From Bacilli bacterium (GTDB lineage: Bacteria; Bacillota_I; Bacilli_A; RFN20; CAG-826): a stretch of 64,000 nucleotides of DNA. Shown here in pieces: positions 29,076 to 39,326 of the stretch (within the stretch, counting starts at the first letter, position 1; every line of letters starts with the position of its first letter). A model generated the notes under the pieces. That model saw only the letters and a list, made by a program, of their open reading frames with translations. It was not told where the DNA came from and did not search any database. Both the position numbers and the translations under genes were made by a program. Location: positions 5,427 through 69,426 of the forward strand of contig JAZLFA010000037.1 of assembly GCA_045615545.1 (NCBI GenBank), in the 5' to 3' direction.

Positions 29076-29738
29076 ATGGCAAAAATAGATTTATCAAAGT
29101 ACACAAATGTTACTTATATTAACCACCCTCTTGTAAAGCACAAGATTAGTATTATTCGAAGTGTGGATATGCCAACAAATCAGTTTAGACAAATTATTAA
29201 AGAAATTTCTATCCTTGAGGGCTATGAAGCACTAAGAAATATTCCTACAAAAGGAAAAGAAATAGTGACACCAATTGAAAAAACTATTCAACCTGTTGTT
29301 GATGCAAAAAGTTTGTGTTTTGTTCCGATTTTAAGAGCGGGTTTAGGTATGCAAGAAGGCTTACTTGAGTTAGTTCCGGAAGCCGTTTGCGGTCACATTG
29401 GAATTTACCGTGATGAAGTCACTAGAGAACCAAAAGAATACTTCTGCAAATTGCCACATGATATTTGTTCAAAAAGAGTATATTTACTTGATCCAATGCT
29501 CGCTACTGGCGGAAGCGCTATCGATGCTGTTAGACAATTAAAACAGCATGGTGCTAAAGATATTACTTTCTTATGTATTGTTGCGGCTCCAGAAGGCGTT
29601 AAAGCTTTTTGTGAAGCATATCCAGAAGTACCATTGGTTGTTGGCTCTCTCGATAGAGAACTTAATTCTGACGCCTATATTTGTCCAGGCTTGGGCGATT
29701 GTGGGGATAGAATATTTGGAACCCTAGAAGAAAAATAG
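29076..29738 (+). CDS. upp: Uracil phosphoribosyltransferase
   Basis: 220 aa. LLDPMLATGGS PRPP-binding motif. SD GGAGG. Confidence 0.85.
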   Translation: MAKIDLSKYTNVTYINHPLVKHKISIIRSVDMPTNQFRQIIKEISILEGYEALRNIPTKGKEIVTPIEKTIQPVVDAKSLCFVPILRAGLGMQEGLLELVPEAVCGHIGIYRDEVTREPKEYFCKLPHDICSKRVYLLDPMLATGGSAIDAVRQLKQHGAKDITFLCIVAAPEGVKAFCEAYPEVPLVVGSLDRELNSDAYICPGLGDCGDRIFGTLEEK

Positions 29739-29748
29739 GAGGTTTATT

Positions 29749-30717
29749 ATGAACGACCGTTTAAAACTTTTATCATTAACAGCTAATCCAGAGTTAGCAA
29801 ACGAAATTGCCAAAAGATTAGACGCCGAAATATTGCCTAGTGAAGTTACACACTTTGCCGACAACGAAATTTTATTTGAGGGTAAAAAATCTTTTAGAGG
29901 TGATGATATTTATATCATTCAATCGACATGCACCCCTGTTACTGATCACTTAATGGAAGTTTTGCTATGTGTTGATGCTTGTAAAAGAGCGAGCGCAAAA
30001 TCTATCACATGCATCATGCCTTATTATGGTTATGCTAGACAAGATAGAAAAGCAAAGGCAAGACAGCCAATCAGTGCAAAACTTGTTGCAGACCTTTTAA
30101 CAACTGCCGGCGTTGATAGAATGGTGTGTTGTGATCTTCACGCTAACCAAATTCAAGGCTTTTTCAATATCCCCGTTGATGATGTTGGTGCTCTACCACT
30201 ATTCTATAAATATTTCGAAGAAAAACATTTAGAAAACATTGTTTGTGTTTCTCCAGACCACGGAGGTGTTGTCAGAACATCTAAATTAGCAGATAGATTA
30301 AATGCCCCTATTGCTATTATTGATAAACGTCGCCCAAAACCAAATCAATGCGAGATAGTTTCAATTGTTGGTGATGTAAAAGATAAAACATGTATTATCG
30401 TCGATGACATTGTTGACACTGCTGGCACATTATGTAATGCAGCTAATAAACTTAAAGAACTAGGGGCGGCCCATGTTTATGCCGCAATTACACATGGCAT
30501 ATTAAGTGGTAATGCTGTTGAAAAAATTAATAATTCAGCATTAGAAAAATTGGTTATTACTGATTCTATTCCTCTTCCTGAAGATAAGAAGTCATCTAAG
30601 ATTGATGTAATTTCTTTAGCGGAAATGCTCGCTATTATTATTAATTCTCTTGAAGAAGGTAAATCCTTAGCAGATGCTCACGAAAAGTTTGCACACATGG
30701 TTTTTAAAGACCAATAA
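29749..30717 (+). CDS. prs: Ribose-phosphate pyrophosphokinase
   Basis: 322 aa. Prs motifs (DLHANQIQGFF, IVDDIVDTAGT). SD GGAGG. Confidence 0.9.
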   Translation: MNDRLKLLSLTANPELANEIAKRLDAEILPSEVTHFADNEILFEGKKSFRGDDIYIIQSTCTPVTDHLMEVLLCVDACKRASAKSITCIMPYYGYARQDRKAKARQPISAKLVADLLTTAGVDRMVCCDLHANQIQGFFNIPVDDVGALPLFYKYFEEKHLENIVCVSPDHGGVVRTSKLADRLNAPIAIIDKRRPKPNQCEIVSIVGDVKDKTCIIVDDIVDTAGTLCNAANKLKELGAAHVYAAITHGILSGNAVEKINNSALEKLVITDSIPLPEDKKSSKIDVISLAEMLAIIINSLEEGKSLADAHEKFAHMVFKDQ

Positions 30718-30731
30718 ATAAAAAAGAAAAT

Positions 30732-30766
30732 AAAAAAGCGTAGATTTTATTTCTACGCTTTTATTT
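30732..30766. terminator. Bidirectional intrinsic terminator (prs on plus, oad operon on minus)
   Basis: A-run, then GCGUAG-AUUUUAUUU-CUACGC, then a U-run. Symmetric A/T tracts on both sides. Confidence 0.55.
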
Positions 30767-30784
30767 TTAATAAAAGCAATTTGA

Positions 30785-32095
30785 TTATAAGAAGATGGTC
30801 ATTAAGATACCGGCTGCAATTGCGCTTCCGATAACTCCTGCAACATTTGGACCCATAGCGTGCATGAGTAAGAAGTTGCTTGGATCTTCTTTTTGGCCTT
30901 CTTTTTGAACCACTCTAGCAGCCATTGGAACAGCACTAACTCCGGCAATACCAATCATTGGGTTGACCTTACCTTTTGTGCATAGACACATAATTTTACC
31001 ACCCAGCAATCCAAAAATCGCTGCAAGGATGAACGCCAAGATTCCTAAACCAAAAATCTTAAGTGTATTTAATGTTAAGAATGCTTGTCCTAAAGCTGTA
31101 GCGCCTACTGATAAACCTAAACAAATTGTGCAAATGTATAAAAGAGCATTACTAACTGTATGTACTAGGTTTGGAACTAAACCAGATTCTTTGATTAAGT
31201 TGCCTAACATTAAGCATCCAATTAATGGTGCGGCTTGTGGAACAAGCAAACAAACAACGAGCATAACAATGATCGGGAATAAGATTTTTTCTCTTTTAGA
31301 GACTTCTCTTAATTGTGTCATTTTAATGCTACGTTCTTTTTTAGTAGTGAATAAGCGAATAATTGGTGGGAAGATAACTGGCACTAAAGCCATATATGAA
31401 TAAGCTGCTAAGGCAATTGGAGCTTGTAAATCCATTGAACCTCTAACTGGATCAATAGCAGCACTTACACCTAACATCTTAGATGAAACTAAAATTGCTG
31501 TAGGTCCATCTGCGCCACCAATGATACCAATCGCGCTTGCTTCATATCCATTAAAGCCAAACGCAATAGCGAGTAAGAATGCGGCGAATATACCTATCTG
31601 TGCAGCTGCGCCTAATAACATTGTTTTCTTATTTGCAATAAGAGGACCGAAGTCTGTGGTTGCGCCTATTCCTAAGAAAATTAAACAAGGATAAATTTCA
31701 AATTTAACACCATAATACAAATATCCAAATAAACCAGAATATTTATAATCAGCAACAGTCAATCCTTGATCTTTGTATTCTTGTAAAATTTGACCAAAGT
31801 TGTCAGTAATGATTTTTCCATCCGCTGTTACTCCTTGTTTAATAAACAAGGAACCGGTTAATCTTTGAACCACATCGCCAGTTTCGGTTGTGAATTTAGA
31901 AACATAAACGATATTTGCCAAAATAATACCAACCGAAATCGGTATTAATAAGTATGGTTCAAATTTAAAGCGTAAAGCCAAAACGAGGAAAAAGATTCCA
32001 ACAAGAATCATTACTAAGTTAGCCCATCCTCCAGCTTGGAAGAAAGCGGCTATACCAGTAGAAGCAAAGAATTGACCAAATAATTCCCCAAACAT
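30785..32095 (-). CDS. oadB: Na+-transporting oxaloacetate / carboxylic-acid decarboxylase beta subunit
   Basis: 436 aa integral membrane protein of the OadB/GcdB/MmdB family (sodium-ion pump decarboxylase beta). Confidence 0.85.
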   Translation of the reverse strand: MFGELFGQFFASTGIAAFFQAGGWANLVMILVGIFFLVLALRFKFEPYLLIPISVGIILANIVYVSKFTTETGDVVQRLTGSLFIKQGVTADGKIITDNFGQILQEYKDQGLTVADYKYSGLFGYLYYGVKFEIYPCLIFLGIGATTDFGPLIANKKTMLLGAAAQIGIFAAFLLAIAFGFNGYEASAIGIIGGADGPTAILVSSKMLGVSAAIDPVRGSMDLQAPIALAAYSYMALVPVIFPPIIRLFTTKKERSIKMTQLREVSKREKILFPIIVMLVVCLLVPQAAPLIGCLMLGNLIKESGLVPNLVHTVSNALLYICTICLGLSVGATALGQAFLTLNTLKIFGLGILAFILAAIFGLLGGKIMCLCTKGKVNPMIGIAGVSAVPMAARVVQKEGQKEDPSNFLLMHAMGPNVAGVIGSAIAAGILMTIFL

Positions 32096-32433
32096 TAGCC
32101 TAATGTAACCAAAACGTCACCGTTATTGACTACATCTCCAACTTTAGCATTTATTGCAACAACTTTACCTGCAATAGGTGAAGGTACTTCATTTTCAAGT
32201 TTCATGGCTTCGATAACGCCGATGACATCACCTTTTTTCACCATCTCTCCAACTTTAACTTTTAAAGATAGAAGTTTACCAGCGACAGGTGCATTAACTG
32301 TACCACTTCCTGAAACTGGTGTTGGCTCTTCTTTTTTTGCTTCTGGAGCTGAGATAGAACCCTTTGTTTCGCTAACGGCTTCAAGTTCAACTTCGAATAA
32401 TTTGCCGTTTACTTTTACTCTGTAAGTTTTCAT
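32095..32433 (-). CDS. Biotin carboxyl carrier (biotinyl/lipoyl domain) subunit of the decarboxylase
   Basis: 112 aa. Biotinylation motif EAMKLENEV (AMK). A/P-rich linker. Confidence 0.75.
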   Translation of the reverse strand: MKTYRVKVNGKLFEVELEAVSETKGSISAPEAKKEEPTPVSGSGTVNAPVAGKLLSLKVKVGEMVKKGDVIGVIEAMKLENEVPSPIAGKVVAINAKVGDVVNNGDVLVTLG

Positions 32434-32762
32434 TATTTTATCTCCTTAACACTAACAAGTTTTACATCTTGCTTACATTCGTTACGATAATCGATTGTGG
32501 CGACTAAAACTGCCACCACCATATCTTCGTCATTTAAATCAAGTGTGACCTCTTCATGAGCCTCTTTTGGGGCTTCATTTTGGTTTTTGGACTCATCTAG
32601 TTGTTTCTTGAGTTCAAAATAACCCAAAAGCTTGAAAATTAAATGAGTAATTCCAATGATAATGATTAAAACAACAAAGACTAGAAGGATTGATGCAATA
32701 GCCGCTATTGCGCTGTTGCTCCAATCATATGTTTTACTGCCATCCATAATTGCATATAACAT
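32433..32762 (-). CDS. OadG-like small membrane-anchor (gamma) subunit
   Basis: 109 aa. Single N-terminal TM helix followed by a charged tail. Sits between the alpha and biotin-carrier genes, as in oad/gcd/mmd operons. Confidence 0.45.
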   Translation of the reverse strand: MLYAIMDGSKTYDWSNSAIAAIASILLVFVVLIIIIGITHLIFKLLGYFELKKQLDESKNQNEAPKEAHEEVTLDLNDEDMVVAVLVATIDYRNECKQDVKLVSVKEIK

Positions 32763-32774
32763 ACTTTAATCCCC

Positions 32775-34157
32775 CTATATCACTAGATTGAATTCTTCGA
32801 CTTCGTTTTCTTCCTTCTTACCATATTTTTTGGTTAAGAATTCAGTAGCGACACTTTCGAAGAGGGCTAAAGAAAGAACATCTTCATCGCACTTTGCGAT
32901 ATCTTTATACTTTTCTTTCAATCCTTCGAATTCTGGTTTTAATAAATCGGCTGGACGACAAGTAATAATTTCATCGTCTCCAATGATTTGCTTTTTAATT
33001 GCTTCATCTACTGGAGCAGGGCATTGTCCGTATTTTCCATGTAGATAATCTTTAATTTCTTTTGCAACCATCTTGTATCTTGTTCCGCCCAAAATGTTTA
33101 ATACAGCTTGTGTACCAACCATTTGAGATAAAGGTGTGACTAAAGGTGGATACCCCATATCTTTACGGACATTAGGTATTTCTTTAAGAACGTCTTCATA
33201 GCGGTTCATGGCGTTTTGTTCTTTGAGTTGGCTTGTCATATTAGATAACATGCCTCCTGGAACCTGATATTTTAAGATGTTTGGATTAACAGATAATGAT
33301 TTTGTAGTCATTTTTCCGTTATCTAAATTCTTTTGTTTGATCTTTTCAAGAAGAGGTTCACACGCTCTTACTTCGTTCAGATCAATTTTTGGATCATATT
33401 GTGTGCCTGCTAAAGCTGCTTGAAAAGCTTGAACGCTTGGTTGCCCGGTTCCATTACTTAATGGTGTAACTGAACAGTCAATAATATCTACGCCTGCTTC
33501 AATAGCGGCTTTATAAGTCATTTCACATATACCTGCTGTGCAGTGACTGTGTAATTCAATAGGTAATTTTGTGCTTTTCTTCAATGCTGTGATTAATTCT
33601 TTTGCATCTTGAGGTGTTAAAACACCAGCCATATCTTTAATACAAATTGAATCTGCGCCTAATTCTTTCTCAATCTTTTTTGCTAAATCAGCATAATAAC
33701 TGACAGTATGAACTGGAGAAGTTGTATAACTTAAAGCAATTTGGCAATGTCCACCATATTTCCTAGTAGAAACAACTGCTTGTTTTAAATTTCTTAAGTC
33801 ATTTAATGCGTCGAAAACACGAATAATATTAATTCCGTTTTCAATACTTTTTTTGCAAAACATATCAACAACATCGTCGCTATAATGACGATATCCTAAA
33901 ATGTTTTGTCCCCTAAATAACATTTGGAGTTTTGTATTAGGACACGCTTTTCTAATTGCTCTTAATCTTTCCCAAGGGTCTTCGTTTAAAAAGCGGAGAC
34001 AGGCATCAAAAGTAGCGCCTCCCCAGACTTCTAAAGCGTAAAATCCAGCTTTATCTAGATGAGGAGCAACAGAAAGTATTTCTTCAGTTGTCATTCTGGT
34101 AGCGAATAACGATTGAGGTGCATCTCTACAGGTTGTGTCAACGATTTTGACTCCCAT
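32775..34157 (-). CDS. oadA: Oxaloacetate decarboxylase alpha subunit, carboxyltransferase (5S) domain only (HMGL-like TIM barrel)
   Basis: 460 aa. N-terminus MGVKIVDTTCRDAPQSL...LEVWGGATFD of the PYC/OADA carboxyltransferase fold. No fused biotinyl domain (carried by the separate 112-aa gene). SD AGGAGG. Confidence 0.8.
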   Translation of the reverse strand: MGVKIVDTTCRDAPQSLFATRMTTEEILSVAPHLDKAGFYALEVWGGATFDACLRFLNEDPWERLRAIRKACPNTKLQMLFRGQNILGYRHYSDDVVDMFCKKSIENGINIIRVFDALNDLRNLKQAVVSTRKYGGHCQIALSYTTSPVHTVSYYADLAKKIEKELGADSICIKDMAGVLTPQDAKELITALKKSTKLPIELHSHCTAGICEMTYKAAIEAGVDIIDCSVTPLSNGTGQPSVQAFQAALAGTQYDPKIDLNEVRACEPLLEKIKQKNLDNGKMTTKSLSVNPNILKYQVPGGMLSNMTSQLKEQNAMNRYEDVLKEIPNVRKDMGYPPLVTPLSQMVGTQAVLNILGGTRYKMVAKEIKDYLHGKYGQCPAPVDEAIKKQIIGDDEIITCRPADLLKPEFEGLKEKYKDIAKCDEDVLSLALFESVATEFLTKKYGKKEENEVEEFNLVI

Positions 34158-34172
34158 TTTTCTCCTCCTATT

Positions 34173-35792
34173 TTATAGTTTTGGTCCTGCTTTAACTAAA
34201 GCCTTACCAGCTGTATTTGTTTCGTATTTCTTGAAGTTATTAATAAATCTTGAAGCAAGGTCTTGAGCTTTAACATCCCAATCTTTTGAATTAGCATATG
34301 TATCACGTGGATCAAGAATTTTAGAATCAACGCCAGGTAATGATGTTGGTACTTCAAAATCGAATATTGGCATTTTCTTAGTTGGTGCTTTGTTAATTGA
34401 ACCATCTAAAATAGCATCGATGATACCACGTGTATCTTTTATTGAGATACGTTTTCCGGTTCCATTCCATCCAGTGTTAACTAAATAAGCCTTTGCACCG
34501 CTCTTTTGCATTTTCTTAACTAATTCTTCAGCATATTTTGTTGGATGTAATTCTAGGAATGCTTGTCCAAAGCATGCTGAGAATGTTGGGGTTGGTTCTG
34601 TAATACCTCTTTCGGTACCTGCTAATTTAGCAGTAAAACCACTTAAGAAATAATATTGTGTTTGTTCAGGTGTAAGAATTGATACAGGTGGTAATACACC
34701 AAAAGCATCGGCTGACAAGAAGATAACGTTCTTCGCTGCTGGTGCACTACTGATAGGCTTAACTATACTTTTAATATGGTTAATTGGATAGCTAACACGT
34801 GTATTTTCGGTTACACTCTTGTCAGCAAAATCAATCTTACCATTACTATCGACAGTAACATTTTCTAATAAGGCGTTACGAACGATGGCATTATAAATGT
34901 CTGGTTCGCTTTCTTTGTCGAGGTTGATAACTTTTGCGTAACATCCGCCTTCAAAGTTAAATACACCATTATCGTCCCATCCGTGTTCGTCATCACCAAT
35001 TAATAAACGTTTTGGATCTGTTGATAATGTTGTTTTTCCTGTTCCTGATAAACCAAAGAAAATAGCAGTATCTTTACCATCTAAATTGGTATTTGCGGAA
35101 CAGTGCATGCTCGCAATGCCTTTAAGTGGTAAATAGTAGTTCATCATTGAGAACATACCTTTTTTCATTTCGCCACCGTACCAGGTATTAATGATAACTT
35201 GTTCTCTTGATGTGATATTAAACATAACGGCTGTTTCACTATTTAAACCTAACTCTTGATAGTTTGTAACTTTAGCTTTTGAAGCATTGTAAACAATGAA
35301 GTTTGGTTCAAAGCTTTCTAATTCTTCTTTGGTTGGCTTAATAAACATATTTAATATGAAATGTGCTTGCCAAGCGACTTCTACTATGAATCTTACTGCC
35401 ATTCTTGTGTCTTTGTTTGCACCACAGAAGGCATCGATAACATATAGTTTTTTGTTTGATAATTCTTTGATGGCGATTTCTTTACAAGCTTTCCATGCTT
35501 CTAGAGAAGCTGGATGGTTATCGTTCTTGTATTCTGGTGAAGTCCACCACACCGTGTCTTTACTGTTTTCATCCATGACGATGAATTTGTCTTTAGGCGA
35601 ACGTCCAGTATAGATACCTGTCATAACGTTCACAGCGCCAAGTTCAGTTAATTGGCCCTTTTCATATCCTTCTAAAGATTCTTTTGTTTCTTCTTTGAAG
35701 AGATATTCATAGGAAGGGTTGTGAATAACCTCAGTTGCACCGACAATACCATATTTTGTTAAATCAATTTTTGCCATAAGCAATTCCTCCAA
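34173..35792 (-). CDS. pckA: Phosphoenolpyruvate carboxykinase (ATP)
   Basis: 539 aa. ATP-type PEPCK motifs (GLSGTGKTT kinase-1a, [20 protein letters not shown]). SD GGAGG. Confidence 0.9.
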   Translation of the reverse strand: MEELLMAKIDLTKYGIVGATEVIHNPSYEYLFKEETKESLEGYEKGQLTELGAVNVMTGIYTGRSPKDKFIVMDENSKDTVWWTSPEYKNDNHPASLEAWKACKEIAIKELSNKKLYVIDAFCGANKDTRMAVRFIVEVAWQAHFILNMFIKPTKEELESFEPNFIVYNASKAKVTNYQELGLNSETAVMFNITSREQVIINTWYGGEMKKGMFSMMNYYLPLKGIASMHCSANTNLDGKDTAIFFGLSGTGKTTLSTDPKRLLIGDDEHGWDDNGVFNFEGGCYAKVINLDKESEPDIYNAIVRNALLENVTVDSNGKIDFADKSVTENTRVSYPINHIKSIVKPISSAPAAKNVIFLSADAFGVLPPVSILTPEQTQYYFLSGFTAKLAGTERGITEPTPTFSACFGQAFLELHPTKYAEELVKKMQKSGAKAYLVNTGWNGTGKRISIKDTRGIIDAILDGSINKAPTKKMPIFDFEVPTSLPGVDSKILDPRDTYANSKDWDVKAQDLASRFINNFKKYETNTAGKALVKAGPKL

Positions 35793-35998
35793 AAATGGTA
35801 CCGGTTTGATTTTTGCCGATATCGATTTTATTTTAACACCATTTAATTTATTAATTAAAGTGATAAATAGTAAAAAATGATATTTTCATTTGAAAGAACC
35901 ACAATTGGCATTGTTACATATTCTATTTTCTGGTTTTTACCTAGTAAAACAATTTAGTGTAATTTTGTCGCATAAAATATATAATATTTGCGTCTAGT

Positions 35999-37666
35999 AT
36001 GTCTGAATTAGCTACAAATATTATTAAATTATTAATCGGCGTCGCTTTGTTTATTGCCGGTATGGGCATTATGTCTGGCGGATTAAAAAAAGCAACCGGA
36101 AGAAGCTTAAAACGTTTATTTAATAAAACACAAAATTCAAGATTTGCTGGTCTAGGAATTGGTGCAGGTGTTACTGCTCTAATTCAATCGAGCGGCGCAA
36201 CAAGCGTTATGACTATCGGTTTTATTAATGCCGGAGTTATGACTATCTTTCAAGGTGTTTGCATTATCCTGGGCGCTTATCTAGGTACTACAGTTACTGG
36301 ATTATTAGTTTCGTTCTCGAGCTTTGGTGGGGTATCTCTTTGCCTGTGTTTGCTTGCTTTGGTTGGCGTTATTCTTGATTTTTTCAAAAAAGAAATTGTT
36401 AAAAGCATTGGCCAAATATTAACTGGTCTTGGCATATTGTTTGTGGGTCTTGAAATGATGAAGGGAGCCTTTGCTTCTGGACCACTTTTAGATGCTTTTA
36501 CCAATTTATTTCAATCAGTAAATTCTCCAATTCTCCTATTGTTAATAGGAGCATTGTTTACTTGCCTCACACAATCAAGTAGTGCTACCTCTGGTATAGT
36601 TATTGTCATGGTTGGACAAGGCGCCATACCTTTAGAGAGTGGTTTTTATCTTGTGTTAGGTGCTACAATCGGTACAGTTCTAGTTACTATTGTTGCCTCA
36701 ATTGGTGGTGAGGTTGATGCTAAGCGCACTGCATTCCTTTGCTTACTAATTCGTATTGTTACTGCTTTGCTTGCTCTTGCTATTTTATGGCCAGTAGAAG
36801 CGTGTTGTAACAACGCAATTTCTGCTGGTTTATGCAAGATGCTTGGCAATAACTTGCAATTTACGGTTGCTGTGTTTTTGATCATTTACAATGTCATATT
36901 TGTTGGATTTGTGCTCCCATTTATAAAACCTCTAGTGGAATTTTCTAAAGTTTGTATTAAGGATCATAAACTTGAAAGCAAAAAGAAAGTGCTTAAATTT
37001 ATTGATAACAAATTATTGATCAACCCTGCCGTTGCTTTAGGACAAACTAAAAACGAAATCATTAATATGCTTGAATTAGCGAAAATAAACTTCGCTCTTG
37101 GCTATCACATAATTATTGAGCAAGACTTTTCTAAATCTAATGAACTAGAAGAGAGAGAAGAGGCTATTGATTTTATCAATAACGAGATTACTAACTTCTT
37201 GATTGAACTATCTCAGGGCGCAAGCCATAATGATGAGAAAAAAATAGGTAGCTACTTCCATATTATTAACGATATCGAACGTATTGGTGACCACGCATAC
37301 AATTTCTATGAGTCAGCCAAGAAGATGCACGACTCTGATCTTAAATTTTCTGACCACGCAAAAGAGGAAATTAAAAAGATATATTTTCTTATTGATGAGA
37401 TGTTTGAGCTTGCAGAACAAATATTTAAAAAACCTGATATTAATAAAGTTAAAAAATTGCATAGTTTGGAAGATGAAACCGATGTATTAAAGACATCTCT
37501 TTCCGAAGCCCACTATCAAAGAATTAGGGAAAATAAATGTAACATGGAATTATCACCATTTTATACAACCCTTGTTAGTGAATTTGAAAGGGTTGCTGAT
37601 CACTTAGTAAACATTGGTTATGCTTATTTAAACCCTACTGGTGATGACCAACATATTAATTTTTAA
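35999..37666 (+). CDS. Na/Pi-cotransporter II-related membrane protein with C-terminal PhoU-like repeats (YjbB-like)
   Basis: 555 aa. N-terminal polytopic NptA-type domain with duplicated QSSSAT motifs. C-terminal soluble domain with two PhoU-like helical repeats. Confidence 0.75.
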   Translation: MSELATNIIKLLIGVALFIAGMGIMSGGLKKATGRSLKRLFNKTQNSRFAGLGIGAGVTALIQSSGATSVMTIGFINAGVMTIFQGVCIILGAYLGTTVTGLLVSFSSFGGVSLCLCLLALVGVILDFFKKEIVKSIGQILTGLGILFVGLEMMKGAFASGPLLDAFTNLFQSVNSPILLLLIGALFTCLTQSSSATSGIVIVMVGQGAIPLESGFYLVLGATIGTVLVTIVASIGGEVDAKRTAFLCLLIRIVTALLALAILWPVEACCNNAISAGLCKMLGNNLQFTVAVFLIIYNVIFVGFVLPFIKPLVEFSKVCIKDHKLESKKKVLKFIDNKLLINPAVALGQTKNEIINMLELAKINFALGYHIIIEQDFSKSNELEEREEAIDFINNEITNFLIELSQGASHNDEKKIGSYFHIINDIERIGDHAYNFYESAKKMHDSDLKFSDHAKEEIKKIYFLIDEMFELAEQIFKKPDINKVKKLHSLEDETDVLKTSLSEAHYQRIRENKCNMELSPFYTTLVSEFERVADHLVNIGYAYLNPTGDDQHINF

Positions 37667-37686
37667 TTAATATAAGAGGAGTATTT

Positions 37687-39240
37687 ATGAAAGATCCATT
37701 AGTGCTAGCGTTTGATTTTGGTACTCAATCTGTTCGAGCCTCATTAATCAACAAAAAAGGTGAAATCGAAGGGATGGCAAAGGTCCCGTATGTTCCACTA
37801 TATTATTCTTCTCAAAGCGGATATGCTGAACAAGACCCAGACTTTTATTTTGAAAATGCAAAACAGGCGGCAAAAATATTGGCATCAAAGCACACCGCGT
37901 TACTAAGCCGTATTGTTGCCGGGACAATCACCTGTTTTAGAGATTCTTCGGTCCAACTTAATAGCGAATTAAAACCAATAAGAAAAACAATTTTATGGTT
38001 AGACCAGCGTTTAGCGCGCGCTGACGAAAAGATTCCTAGAATATATTCGTTTTTATTTAAACTCGTTGGAATGAAACCAACCATCGAGCTAAATAGAAGC
38101 AGAACTGTTGCCCACTGGTTGAAAGAAAATGAACCAGAAACTTGGGAGAAAACATATAAATATGTTAATATCTCAACTTATTTGACGTATAAGTTAACTG
38201 GTAGATTAATCGACAGCGCTGCAAGCTATGCTGGCCACTATCCAATCCACTTTAAAAAGAGAAAATGGTATAAAGAAAATCACATGAAAGCTATTATCTT
38301 CGGCATTCCAAGTCGCATGCTTTGTGATTTGATACAGCCAGGAGAAACATTAGGTATGTTATCCGATAGTTTTGCTGATGAGGTTGGCTTACCTAGAGGA
38401 ATTCGAATGATTGCAACCGGAAGCGACAAAGCATGTGAAACGATTGGTTTAAATGCCTTGAGCAGAGATGTGGCTGCAGTAAGTTATGGAACAGCCTGTT
38501 CTATCGAAGTTAGTAATACTAAATATTACGAACCGGAACCTTTCCTTCCTGCTTATCCTGCTGCAACCAAAAATTGGTATAACATGGAAGTTCAAGTGTA
38601 CCGCGGATATTGGATGTTAACTTGGTTTACTAAGCAATTTGCAAGCGAACTTATTGATGAAGCAAAGCTTCAAAAGATGGCTGTAGAAGAATTATTAAAC
38701 GAAGGTCTAGCAAAAGTAAAACCTGGAAGTGACGGATTAGTGTTACAACCTTATTGGGGTCCTGGTCTTTCCCGCCCACTAGCAAAAGGCGCAATAGTAG
38801 GATTTTCGGACGTTCATACAAGAGATCATTTATATAGAGCAATTATTGAAGGCATTGCCTATGCCTTAAAAGAAGGATTAGAAGGAATTGAAAAATCTCA
38901 ACTCCACTCTGTTAAAGAAATTAGGGTGTCTGGCGGAGGAAGTCAATCACCGGCAATTTGTCAAATAACAGCGGATATATTTAATTTACCTGTCTCAAGA
39001 GTGCAAACCTATGAAACTACCTCGTTAGGTGCTGCGATTTCAACATTCCATGCAATCGGCGAATTCAAGACAATTCAAGAGGCGATGGATGCGATGTCAC
39101 ACGTTAGTAAAACATTTACTCCAAACCCAACAGCTGTTGAACAATATGAATATTTATATAAGAAAGTTTATTTGCATCTATTCCCACAATTAAAAGATGT
39201 TTATAGAGAATTAAATAAATATTCAAAACGCATTAAATAA
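37687..39240 (+). CDS. FGGY-family carbohydrate kinase (substrate unassigned)
   Basis: 517 aa. N-terminus LAFDFGTQSVRASL and C-terminal FGGY motifs (GGGSQS). Confidence 0.75.
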   Translation: MKDPLVLAFDFGTQSVRASLINKKGEIEGMAKVPYVPLYYSSQSGYAEQDPDFYFENAKQAAKILASKHTALLSRIVAGTITCFRDSSVQLNSELKPIRKTILWLDQRLARADEKIPRIYSFLFKLVGMKPTIELNRSRTVAHWLKENEPETWEKTYKYVNISTYLTYKLTGRLIDSAASYAGHYPIHFKKRKWYKENHMKAIIFGIPSRMLCDLIQPGETLGMLSDSFADEVGLPRGIRMIATGSDKACETIGLNALSRDVAAVSYGTACSIEVSNTKYYEPEPFLPAYPAATKNWYNMEVQVYRGYWMLTWFTKQFASELIDEAKLQKMAVEELLNEGLAKVKPGSDGLVLQPYWGPGLSRPLAKGAIVGFSDVHTRDHLYRAIIEGIAYALKEGLEGIEKSQLHSVKEIRVSGGGSQSPAICQITADIFNLPVSRVQTYETTSLGAAISTFHAIGEFKTIQEAMDAMSHVSKTFTPNPTAVEQYEYLYKKVYLHLFPQLKDVYRELNKYSKRIK

Positions 39241-39250
39241 ATTATATATG

Positions 39251-39306
39251 GTGGAGTTATTAACTCCTCCATTTTTTTACAAAAGAAAAGGGCTATATAG
39301 TAGCTC
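39251..39306. terminator. Convergent terminator region (FGGY kinase on plus, ABC operon on minus)
   Basis: GGAGUU-AUU-AACUCC then UCCAUUUUUUU on the plus strand. A weaker GCUAU-AUA-GUAGC hairpin with a U-rich tail on the minus strand. Confidence 0.45.
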
Positions 39307-39326
39307 TTTCTTTGTTTGGTTCTTAG

